DNA from: a virus
DNA length: 64,000 bases
Virus record (IMG/VR): IMGVR_UViG_3300040959_000809
Direction: 5' to 3' (one strand)
How positions within the stretch are numbered: the first letter of the stretch is position 1; each line of letters opens with the position of its first letter. Shown in pieces: positions 9,801 through 17,300 of the stretch. The translations under genes were made by a program, and so were the position numbers. A model generated the notes under the pieces. The model was given only the letters and a program-made list of their open reading frames with translations. It was not told the DNA's origin and made no database searches.

Positions 9801-11692
9801 GACATTACAGATGTACTTGAAAAATCGCCATAATAATTTAAATTATCACTGTCAACAAACGCCGGAGCCCGCATATTTGTTACAGATTCAGAATATGTAT
9901 TTGTTACATTAAATCTATTTGTCCCACCAGTCGTGATGGTAAATGTATCCGCTGCACTGAATCCAATATATGTATCTGTATCACCGTCATGAAAGATTTC
10001 ACCGACCAATGAAATATCATTTATTCTAGAAGTTGTTGCAAAATCACCATAGAAGTTTAAATTGTCACTGTCATAATAGACAGGAGACCGCATTTCAGTA
10101 TTAGCGGTTACAATATTTCCAGTTGCAGTTCCTGTTACATCAAGATTACCAAAGACATCAACTCCAGTATTGTTGACTGTCATTCTTGTTGAGCCGCCGG
10201 TATCAATATTAACTATATTACCCGCAGCATCAAATGTAATTTTTGTATCAACATCGCCGTTATGAATTATTGAATCATCAACATAAAGATTTGGTGCGTA
10301 TACGTCTACAGTAAAGTCTGCAGAATTATTGTCTATGCCAAAACGCTCGACGCTGTTTGTTTGAAAACTAATGTCATCATTTGTAAATGATATCTTTGTA
10401 CCTTCATCACCATTGTGTGATAAATCAGCATCAATTCCTATGTTATTAAACACAGAACTGCTAGCAGGGTCTACGATATATGTATTATCGTCAAAGTCAA
10501 TAAATCTCTTACCAATTACATCAGCTTGGGATGAAATATTTCCTACTGCACCTATCTCACCACCGGCAGAAATATCATCTCCCGCAATAACATCATCACC
10601 TGCAATTACATCAGAAGTAGCATTTACATTTCTCCCGGCAATTACATCCTGGCCTGCTTCTACGTCTGTACCAGCAATAACTTTATTTGTAGCATTTACA
10701 CCATCGGTATTTGTATTTGCACCTACGATCCAGTTATCATACTGATCCGAATAAGCAGCATAATTAAGACCCGAATTGAGGAAACCAACATCTCCATTAT
10801 TGGAGTAAATAATTCTATTTGAACCAGCACCGTCTAAATAAATTTGAGCAGGACCACCATTATCACCTATGGTCAGATCCCCCAGGATGGTAATGTTACC
10901 ATTTGCAGTATCGTCTACATCTGAACGTAAGAATTGTGCCGCTTCTAAGCCATCAACACTATCTGCATCAAAACCATTACCGGAACCTTCGTCTGCAGTT
11001 GTAATGATACGACCAAGATCTGTTTCTGTGCCACTGATTAGTTTCCAATAATCACTACCCTCGTCCCATAAAATTTGTGGAGTTCCAAGGGTACCGCGCT
11101 CGATTTCAATACCAGCATTTTCTGTTGGTGAACTGCCTGTATAATCTGCATTAAGAGTGATAATATTATCTGAAAGGAGAATAGTTTCTGTATCGACATA
11201 TGTGGTAGTACCTGATACAGTCAGGTTACCAGTAATGATAAGGTTACCGTCGAATGTGTCATCTTCATCACTGCGAAGGAATTGGAGTGAATCAATCCCA
11301 TCGAGTAAATCCGCATCAAGACCAGAACCGGTCCCATCATTATCTGCGTACCAAATTACGCTTCCGTTGACTGTGGGTCCTATTTTAAAATCGGGACCGG
11401 TGGACGTAATTTCAAATTGTGTGGCATTATTATATTGGAATTCTAACCCATCTGAACTAGGGTGAAAAATAATTCCATTATTCTGTTGTGAATTGTAGAC
11501 ACTAAAAATATCAGCACTTAAATTTTGAATATTTAATGTTGTGGCTGAACCTTCAATGGAAAGAGTTCCATCAATATTTGTATTTCCAGTTACTTGAAGT
11601 ATATCTGATGTGTTGTATGTGGTCGAGCCAATAACAACACTTTCTTGCGTCAGAAGACCATTTTTTACTATGAATTTCTTATCATTAGCCAT
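854..11692 (-). CDS. Giant modular tail fibre (3612 aa) with C-terminal peptidase S74 intramolecular chaperone
   Basis: Start is probably ATG 11692 (MANDKKF; GGAGAG 8 nt upstream), not the GTG at 11701. Fibre motifs GSGLDADLLDG..FLRSD; about 23 copies of APxFYDxxxxxYYG[DN]FASTSRMN; C-terminal AFSDERHKENI...GVIAQE...VAYDKLVGVLIEA plus a coiled coil. Confidence 0.92.
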   Translation of the reverse strand: MANDKKFIVKNGLLTQESVVIGSTTYNTSDILQVTGNTNIDGTLSIEGSATTLNIQNLSADIFSVYNSQQNNGIIFHPSSDGLEFQYNNATQFEITSTGPDFKIGPTVNGSVIWYADNDGTGSGLDADLLDGIDSLQFLRSDEDDTFDGNLIITGNLTVSGTTTYVDTETILLSDNIITLNADYTGSSPTENAGIEIERGTLGTPQILWDEGSDYWKLISGTETDLGRIITTADEGSGNGFDADSVDGLEAAQFLRSDVDDTANGNITILGDLTIGDNGGPAQIYLDGAGSNRIIYSNNGDVGFLNSGLNYAAYSDQYDNWIVGANTNTDGVNATNKVIAGTDVEAGQDVIAGRNVNATSDVIAGDDVIAGDDISAGGEIGAVGNISSQADVIGKRFIDFDDNTYIVDPASSSVFNNIGIDADLSHNGDEGTKISFTNDDISFQTNSVERFGIDNNSADFTVDVYAPNLYVDDSIIHNGDVDTKITFDAAGNIVNIDTGGSTRMTVNNTGVDVFGNLDVTGTATGNIVTANTEMRSPVYYDSDNLNFYGDFATTSRINDISLVGEIFHDGDTDTYIGFSAADTFTITTGGTNRFNVTNTYSESVTNMRAPAFVDSDNLNYYGDFSSTSVMSSIVIDDWILHNNNQTTYFGFSADNTYKLFTDNTERLSIDTDSADFSVDVYAPKFYDSDDDTYFLDPAGTSELNAANFAGTVTGVDITLSDDITANNGIFNGDISADDGTFTGDITAVGGTFSGDVSALNMYAGVYYDNDDATYYGDFASSSRMRRINLVDKIRRDSNIDTYIHFPATDEFEVFTNNNKRFRVTNGFSEFTNELRAPKFTDYDNNSYYLNPADTTTSLTAAGKGLFGTITDASRWADTTGNGGLAIAPHGSIGAGQNTTFAMSGSNGGYSLMYLNRIDLGQNPFNDSNRYISLYTDGTQTFTVRGAANGNVYNVSDTDGDVYWYSGGGSARAAILNGGDVIVNGDSVTYTDGGDNTALTTTPSNPKLHVSGSIYLNGNDDGIIFGRGTASFLKDEELAFGWGSGWYMEDANYLRVRNNVDVYSTGDAIFDIFKDSDDQTFYMDFTAGGKLKGNFEVAATSTGTSYSTAAIELRESNYTGTAAATPPHLAFHWGGVVASQLSIESTGRIVARNNPGNAYEHFGANNIYGNSFIDISNNDYSWTPETSNAWRLTTPSGYVDIGPMNTNYSHFQTDRAKFYFNRFTEFDGGGIGAYSANDYAYFPIYYDYDDNNFYGNFSGTSVMARITMPQNPVGTSYTTTSTQPTYYIGQQTGDNDGWKIYGESPSGTDTGALILQSEDDFDGNESIRMRFKKTTSPYNTRDNLIAYVDHVYTPTEFRAPKFVDSNDVNYYGDFAGTSLTNIMRAQKFEVDSSTYFIDGITGDYGSIRVGGTTNSWAGYAINDDWVFMSSGPSEAGIYNDTDNKWAMYLTRNAGTDLYFNGTKQAETENGYFLATNQMRAPIYYAPSSTSYWLDLDVANADRALRVPGYIQRAGFATSGDGSNNIFLDAQDYSHWVWRTATNWGIFWAGNDNPAYSHFSTSNPNELVFVGSGNLRASIDLDNGNAYFQGTLSAGSFAINGGNEDLGLLKHYGTGLADDTLFDGSEYWDRRVVNVLQGSETNNIQTGDYSKSSDSPTASSYVVRTSAYRQFYSDYIAVEPGEEIYGEMAIRYVSGSGGLFYYGIERFDKDKKPIAGNTGTTYFVASAVNYTSTGWNTYRGFTTIPTTHTPYNGSDGGGCRFVRIRILMNYNSAGALREFGPPILKRSNVQGRIRSDDIFVTGDLDVSGNADAPVFRDRDNTGFYGDFAGTSVMNQVNVSKIVDRDNNAYIWDGNADLSMRVYGEIANSNYSVGNMQPGALNIGRTDTNYDFSAGTWASDIRAGLMANFSETWEFVGHDSGDAVKSFLFYDGTDDLYIGRNIGWSTTRVTTPGNIYSPIFYDNDDPNYYGNFASESRMQRIQLVPTAGYNSSGGQPARIQLGDETNKTNGLLSESRRPDLTLRGQYPQINLVSSRINNSTHGPTLRFMGYDSANASTGNFKHWVIGTSGTNSTRLSFGYSPNNTNPHYGIGRGWSSGNNEAMFWLQNDRHVYAENTIYANRFTDRSSTSYWTEPGDRSYLNTLTLGGFDQNNPQQGQWYSRTPYNWNGSVLSYYYIRVATLSSATSIGAIEYYCKRDSNYPGAVKGTVHMATYASSGMSIQHDLESSNGQISPEVYIDNARNVYLRFSGAAWNSFARWRWIYRNGQTIQNDQGSTSAPANSRLIIPGKSQRMTFNNAASITHDYDSPNIANRYDAHNSVRAPIFYDSNDPNYYGNFASTSRMNAINVNTTTHVAGGIANFQTSSGSTRGYIQATETNDAHLIIATSGGEDISFRDGGVGGQWNMIVRGNGQTLINDRIDSPIFYDRNDPAYYADPAGFSNMGTGIRATEFYARNWFRNDNSGEGLYNQATAMHWYSDTNQRFRLYSTQATSQILFTTTGNSARGYIRADNSNNIGFRNSADSQWALRTNGGTTEIYGNAYADRYYDRNNPAYYGDFASTTLMNYARINNVYDGQTRRFAMPNGGTYTTSASTVNGVLTIYLPTSRYSGNTMLHFDVNVYEYNFGRMSTFRVGGYAYSSGRWTNVSVTQLTDSDYGRVNFRFGTDGSRHIVCIGEYKGWQYPQVSVTNVHTGYSSFSTDWGNGWTVGFRGNGDYGTVRQTRTASMALTTNNASNYNTSMYATIYYDYNNPAYYGDFASTSRMNTIIANVYSLDNGWDIYDDDADTMSIRSNDSDHGEIIFRDSNSTNCGRIYFDEDSHWGFKSPDDDWQIYLERNARTILYYNGGQQARTQNGYFEANNDMRAPIFRDTDDSNWYFNPVSINSTRFKGVNNVTMAYMALPGHTRDSGEYYRARPRITSDTNYWSGAMGWGKQDMTTVVADWGSGFIDSWSNPGNQPSGTSHWVGVQAYHYSNGTNRYGWQMVGGPITNLRFRSTWGNTFRAWRTIPVLDENSSNGGSMYAGRYYDTNDPAFYADPASTSIMNTITADRFNMKDQGDYITFYGNDNTNHSITSRNAAGDASDDIRINSYNNVFINIDSNNNNDENSGLYLGQHGAGSSDIANQWRFQARANGNVYASQSFRAPLFYDTDDDTYYMNMAGNSNINTMDFNRLDGPSNSTRDKIRVYDSSDFAIGMQSGITYGGLNDWAMTFQFNDEDDRGFWWGDTGHNTAQGAMSLTTQGRLVVADTFKVGGGTGDTGTASYDLHVVGNGYADGSFRSPIFYDHNNDGYYGNFASTSRMNVIEANVYDSPYNGSNSGGSYDRSDWPYGWGFQENGAWSSPYPDLVLQYHTGITMAAYGGYGGIRIERDYNNNTLNWTFNNNTSGYTYKAAWQLTNTSGYYSSTNGWHIYPNSSTSYGSMNLLGNRNNYYGFAMSQVSNDIHWMFRSTDGGYGGLYYQGLGRWAWFYNPNNTCLGIGSSTTSSTYELYVSGDIYATGDIVAFSDERHKENIVTIDNALDKVLNLRGVYYNWKWQPEDKEHRRHMGVIAQETAKVVPEVITYDDENDRYGVAYDKLVGVLIEATKDQQDLINKQEQKLDNQQKEIDKLKEMVYKLMESK
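1809..1844. repeat. Direct repeat copy (35/36 identical to 4674-4709) encoding the fibre junction motif
   Basis: ttcatccgtga[g/a]gttgatgcaaaattaccgtagtag at 1809-1844 and 4674-4709. Confidence 0.9.
4047..4433. repeat. 24-bp direct repeat pair with 1 mismatch (4047-4070 and 4410-4433)
   Basis: tatgcaggat[t/c]attgcggtcataa, encoding YDRN[N/D]PAY. Confidence 0.85.
4692..5811. repeat. 28-bp exact direct repeat pair (4692-4719 and 5784-5811)
   Basis: gcaaaattaccgtagtagttaggatcat at both sites, each followed shortly by tcgtagaaaatagg. Confidence 0.9.
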
Positions 11693-11740
11693 TCGGTTCA
11701 CTCTCCCCAGTTAGGCTTTAATTAACCAATTATTTTAGTT

Positions 11741-11748
11741 TATTTATT
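11741..11748 (-). promoter_or_regulatory. T4-type late promoter, near consensus (AATAAATA), upstream of the giant fibre
   Basis: Plus strand tatttatt in the intergenic gap. Confidence 0.6.
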
Positions 11749-11749
11749 A

Positions 11750-14332
11750 TTATTCAACAAGGCGAGCAAAAATCTTATATGTCGTGGGCGTTGCAGATGC
11801 ATTTACTGCTACTACATTTACATTGCCAGAACCCAATCCAACATCGAACGACGCCAGATCATTTGCGGTGGTTGAAATATTACCAAATTCCGTTGCGTAT
11901 GCTGTAGTCCCATCATGAACTATAAGCATTTTAGATATCTGAGTACCTAAACTTGTTGTGGCGGTGATGGTCAATTCTCCGGATGAATAATCCGAGCCGG
12001 TCCATTGTAAAATTAGAGCAGGAAAGACGGATGATGAACTTGCAGTTAATGTAATAAGTCTTGCATAGTCCTGAATAATATCTGCCTGGACTTCAAGATC
12101 ACCAGTCATTGTATCGCCGGTTACATTTACATATCTGGCATCTGCGGTTGCTTGATCTAAATAATTTCTAATACCTTTGGTGACAGAAACGACATGCCCG
12201 AAGTCATCAAAGGATACTGATTCAATAAATTCTGGTGCCAAGGAAGTATTTGCAAACACAACATTTGCTTGTGATGAAGTATCAGCATGACTTATGGTTC
12301 TGCTTGCACTTAAATCACCACCACCAGTGAGACCATTTGCCCCAGTAATGGTAATTGTTTGGAAGGCAAACCGACCATCACTTTCCGTTTCTGTATAATA
12401 CCTATTGTCTAATTGACCATTGTCAAGTTCTGTTTCCGTGTAATAACGAGTATCAAGATCAATAGACGACACACCGACAACGTGGCCAAATGTATCAAAA
12501 TTAATATCCTGTAAAACACTACCATCTGCATTATCAACATTTGCTTGAGCAGAAACATCTTCATGGTTAATGGTAATTACTTGATTTGTAAACTGGTTGG
12601 TAGTAAATGTGCCGCCACCAATGAGTGCGTCACCTGCGACAATTTGAATGCTGCCGTCACCAATTTGAGATGCAGCGCTATTTGCTGCCTGTGATAAAAT
12701 TTCTGATGCATGTAGGCCATCCAACAAATCAGCATCAAGTCCTGACCCAGTACCGTCTACAGTTTTAATTTGATTTAAAACAAAAGTAGCATCTGGAACA
12801 TTCGTGAAATTTGAATATTCAAGATAATAGTCACCGTTGGCACCATCCAACAAATCAGCATTCAATCCAGAACCTGGACCATCTACCGTTTTAAGTGCAT
12901 TTAAAATTTCAGTAGCAGTTTGATCCGCAGTTGCGCCATCTTCAATTAAATCAAGTTTGGCACCATCAACCGAAATGTCTCTACCGTCTACATCGCCGGT
13001 GACTATAATATCACCATTAACTGTTAGGTTTGTAAAATTATCTACATTTACAAATCGTACTGTTCCATCACCAGTTTCAAGTCGTAATGTATTATTTGCA
13101 GTTTCCCATGTAAAACTTTCCACACCGGCAACAGCAGTATTTGATAATAGCGTTACACGACCATCTTCATCAACTGTTATAATAGGAATCTGTGATGCAG
13201 AACCATATGTCCCGGCGATTACACCAGTATTTGCAAGCTCAGTGGTGATATCAATAACACCATTATTTGAAACCGCAGATCCTGTAACTTTACCAGAAAG
13301 ATTAACAGTGGTTGTTGCCGATGCAAGCCCATCAAGTATAATACCGTCAGCAGCAATATCTCTACCATCAACTGTTCCAGTGACTGTAATATCACCATTT
13401 ACAGTGAGGTTTGTGAACTCATCTATTGGTGTTTTAAATACACCACCATCTGCTGTCTGAATTACAAAAGTATTATTAGCGACATACCAATTTGTAGCTG
13501 ATACCCCAGCAACCGATGTAGTATTTGCAACTGTAATTCTACCATCTTCATCAATCGTAAGAATAGGAACAAGAGATGCAGATCCATAGGTCCCAGCAGT
13601 CACGCCAGTATTTGCAAGCTCAGTGGTTAATGTCATTACGCCTGTATTAGAGAATGCATTACCAGTGACCTTACCATTAAGTGTAAGATCTAAAGTGGCC
13701 GGTGGTACGTTTGTAAAATTATTATAATCTAAATAATATTCACCAGATTGACCGTCTAAAAGATCTGAATCCAATCCTGAATTAGCACCATCAACAGTCT
13801 TAATTAAATTTAAAATGTCTTGTGGGTCAGCAGAAAATTCTACGATTGATTCTGTTACAGTCCCTGATGAAACAGTAATAGTTCCAACCATACCAGAATG
13901 AACGGAACATTGATAATAATAGGTCCCTACCTGATCTGGATTTGGAATCCATACAACATCTGATCCACCTTGAGCACCCTGTCCAATGGCATTAAAAATC
14001 TGATCATCAGTTCCTGTGCCAGCGACAGTTTTTAAATATAAAGGATGGCCAGATGCGTTATTAGTAATAGTGAGAGTATCACCAGCCTGAATGGAAATAT
14101 TCCCATCAAGGCTTACAATAGGGCCTGTTCTATCAGTACCCTGTACGATCCAATCTGAACCACCTGAATTTAAAAATGAAACCGCAAAACTAGATGTGTT
14201 TGCAAATTCTGCTTTTTTAATGAAAAGTTTGCCGTCAGCAGTATTAAGAGCGGCTTCACCAAACTCTAATTGCCCAGTCGTGGGGACACGGCCGGGTGTA
14301 TTAGTCTGTCTGAGTTTGATAAGCGTTGTCAT
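11750..14332 (-). CDS. Fibre-like virion protein (860 aa) with a cupredoxin-like domain and a 127-aa internal duplication
   Basis: N-terminal IKLRQT...PTTGQLEFGEAALNTADGKLFIK (fibre N-terminal motif); HPLYL...YYYQCSVHSGMVGTITV; three GxGLDADLLDG-type motifs; duplicated TELANTGVxAGTYGSA. Confidence 0.85.
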   Translation of the reverse strand: MTTLIKLRQTNTPGRVPTTGQLEFGEAALNTADGKLFIKKAEFANTSSFAVSFLNSGGSDWIVQGTDRTGPIVSLDGNISIQAGDTLTITNNASGHPLYLKTVAGTGTDDQIFNAIGQGAQGGSDVVWIPNPDQVGTYYYQCSVHSGMVGTITVSSGTVTESIVEFSADPQDILNLIKTVDGANSGLDSDLLDGQSGEYYLDYNNFTNVPPATLDLTLNGKVTGNAFSNTGVMTLTTELANTGVTAGTYGSASLVPILTIDEDGRITVANTTSVAGVSATNWYVANNTFVIQTADGGVFKTPIDEFTNLTVNGDITVTGTVDGRDIAADGIILDGLASATTTVNLSGKVTGSAVSNNGVIDITTELANTGVIAGTYGSASQIPIITVDEDGRVTLLSNTAVAGVESFTWETANNTLRLETGDGTVRFVNVDNFTNLTVNGDIIVTGDVDGRDISVDGAKLDLIEDGATADQTATEILNALKTVDGPGSGLNADLLDGANGDYYLEYSNFTNVPDATFVLNQIKTVDGTGSGLDADLLDGLHASEILSQAANSAASQIGDGSIQIVAGDALIGGGTFTTNQFTNQVITINHEDVSAQANVDNADGSVLQDINFDTFGHVVGVSSIDLDTRYYTETELDNGQLDNRYYTETESDGRFAFQTITITGANGLTGGGDLSASRTISHADTSSQANVVFANTSLAPEFIESVSFDDFGHVVSVTKGIRNYLDQATADARYVNVTGDTMTGDLEVQADIIQDYARLITLTASSSSVFPALILQWTGSDYSSGELTITATTSLGTQISKMLIVHDGTTAYATEFGNISTTANDLASFDVGLGSGNVNVVAVNASATPTTYKIFARLVE
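13224..13627. repeat. 23-bp exact repeat (13224-13246 and 13605-13627) marking a 381-bp tandem duplication
   Basis: ccagtatttgcaagctcagtggt at both sites; offset 381 bp = 127 codons. Confidence 0.85.
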
Positions 14333-14363
14333 ATGTTTTTATTCTTTCTATTAAACCACATAT

Positions 14364-14370
14364 TATTTAG
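14364..14370 (-). promoter_or_regulatory. Possible late promoter variant (CTAAATA)
   Basis: Plus strand tatttag in the short gap upstream of the 860-aa gene; same relative position as the other late boxes. Confidence 0.4.
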
Positions 14371-14372
14371 GT

Positions 14373-17300
14373 TTAAAAAGCACCACCGTTAATTTGAGAA
14401 ACTGTCACCACACCTGCGCTCACATTAAAGTTAGCGGCAGAAAATGCGGCGGCACCAATATTTGTTGTACTTGCTAATTCTGCAGAAATTGTTATTTCAT
14501 TATTAGCATGACTTGTGTCAATCCCTTCACCACCAACGAGTGTTAGAGTTTCACCTAATCTAACTTCATCAGCAACTCCAGCATCAGATCCAAAGTTAAT
14601 AAAAGGATTTGTTACTCTAAATTCGGTTCCGGTAATGCTTAAACCATAACCTGCAGTATATGTTCCGGCACCTGAGAACTGATACCAATTAATATCATCA
14701 CTATTAAGTGTAAAGAGTTCAGCATCGTCTACCTGTGCTACCCAACCTGTTCCATTATTAACCGTGCCGTCAGTTACAAATACAAACGATCCAGGAATTT
14801 CATCACTCTCGTTGAAGTACTCACCTCTGGTTAATATCCAAGGCCTTGCAGGATCTACTGCATTACCGTCCTGAGTAAGAACATATGCACCATTTTGAAT
14901 CGGATCTGTTTGATCCTTTACAAGTACCCGGTCACCAATTTCCCAATTAGTTACACCGTCCAATGCAAAAGGTGTATTGGTTGGGCCAGTTATTGTTCTT
15001 AAATCACCATCAAAAGTACCACCTAAATCAGTAGTCGTTGCCGCCAGAGCAGATGGTATTACGCGTAAACCTTGAGCAGTAGCATCAACATAGGCCTTGT
15101 TTGCAGCATCAGTACCTGCTACAGGTGATAAAAGATTTGAAATAAGACTTGAATTAACATCCACTACATTGGAAGCTGGATTTAAACTTAAATCGCTTTC
15201 ACCAACCGTGGCAATTTCATTAGTCGTAAGTGTTAAATTACTATTAACTTGCACACTAGTGCCAGCATCAATAGTTGTTCCTACAGTTAAACTATTATCT
15301 ATTTCTAGTTCATTTAGAAGTGAATCAGTTCCAGCAGGGTGTAGGAAATATGAAATATTATCAATGTCAACAAAACGTTTTGCTTCCACATCACCATCCG
15401 GAACAACCCAATTACTGGTTGCACGTTCTGCATATGCTGTGTAGTTAAACGAGTTATTAAGGAACCCAACCCTACCGCCGGCAGCATACATTGTTGATAC
15501 AGTACCTGAGCCATCTGTAAACGATAGCTGAGTGGTTGACCCACCGTAACCGAAATGCATTCTATTAACTCTGGATTCACTATGCGGATCCATGTAATAG
15601 TTTGGATTATTTGAATCAATGAATCTAGGTGCTGAAATATTACCTGTTAAAACACCACCAGCTAATGAAAGATATCTTGCATCTAGGTTTATTGCTGCTG
15701 CGGTCTGAACATGGCCGTAATCATCAAATGTTAAATTTTGGATCACGGTCCCATTTACAAAACCCGTATCACCCATTACAGATGTATCACCGTGCATAAT
15801 CGTGGCGGTAGAGCCTACACCTTGACTATGAAATACCACAATTGAACCGTTAGCTTCACCCTGTACATCATTTACAAAGTTAAAATTAGCGGTTAATGGA
15901 ATTGTTACGTCGGAAACACTGAGTACGGTATTTGATCCTACCATATCTCCAGTTACATTAATTACAAAATCATCAATAGTTGAATTGATAACACCGTTGG
16001 CGGATGCATCTTCATATGTATATGAAATACCCTGATGAGTACCAAATCTGAACTGAGAGGCTGTAATATCTTGTGAAGCTTCTTCAAATTCCACAATCGC
16101 ATTTGATTGTAATACAAATGGGACCTCAGTAGCATCAATGATTCTACCAAAACCATCTACTGTAAATCTAGGTGTATAGCCATCATTACCATATCTACCG
16201 GAGGAAACACCAGACGGTGCCAGTTGGATTAGGAGTGCGTTATTTACAAATTCTGCATTAAGCCCAAGACCAATCTGAAATGTTGGATCATTTTCCAATA
16301 GGGTCATATTATAAGTATTGGATCCTTCCAGAATATCTAATGTTCTGGTAAAGTCACCATTTTCCAAATAGTCAAATGTTACAACATCGGTATTAGATGT
16401 AGGATTAGCAACATTGGTGATCTTTGTTCCTGATGCATTAACCGCACCATTTGCTTCCAAAAATAAATCTGCATTAGACGTTATTTTTGTGTTGACATTT
16501 AGCTCACCGGTGTTATAATTAATTATGACCTTATTTAAACCATTACCAAATCGTACATCACCTGATGAATCAATCCGTGCTCTTTGTACACCAGCGGTAA
16601 AGAAATCCAATTGATCGTTGTCGGCATTGGGACTTGATTCTGCAACAATCTTTGTATCTTGATCTACATCAATGACGGACCCTGCAAGGCCGGCCCAAAT
16701 ATTTCCATCATACCCTTCAAATCTACTGTCAGTAGTATTATATCGGATCATGCCTGTTTCGGCTGAAGGTCTATCACCAACTGCACCAACAGGAAGTTTT
16801 AATGCACCAATAGTACCAATGGAAACAACTTCGGAATCACTCTTAATCTCAGGTGTAAAGATTCTATTCCATTGTTTACCGATTGCACCAAGATTATAAG
16901 TTAAATCAGCATTAGGAACTAGATTACTTGTAAAGTCGGCAACGACTTCGATTGTATCAACATTGGCATCACCAATTGTAATATTTCCACCGAGGGTAAG
17001 ATTACCAGTAATGTCGGTGTCGCCGTCAACTGTAAGTGTAGATCCATCAAACCGCAATGTGTTGCTATCTATAAGTGATCCACCAGAACCAACAAAGATA
17101 ACTCTATTTTCTGTTAGGTTTCCAGCTGAAAGTCCTGAGCCTCCAATGCCTCCACCGATTGAAAGAGTACCACCAATATTTGTATCACCGGTAGCCCAAT
17201 CAATTGTAAACTTATTTAAGCCATCACCAAATTTAAAATCACCGTCTGCATCTAATCTTAATGTTTGATTTCCAGAGTTGAAAAAATCTAATTGGTCGTT

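Noticed and set aside
1809-10060. Repeated ~15-36 bp DNA motifs considered as a CRISPR array
   Set aside because: Irregular spacing of hundreds to thousands of bp, degenerate copies, all in frame within a protein-coding gene, and no cas genes
854-11692. Diversity-generating retroelement or invertase-driven shufflon acting on the fibre
   Set aside because: No reverse transcriptase or recombinase in the window; repeats are short, direct (not inverted) and lack adenine-specific mismatches. Elements outside the window cannot be excluded.
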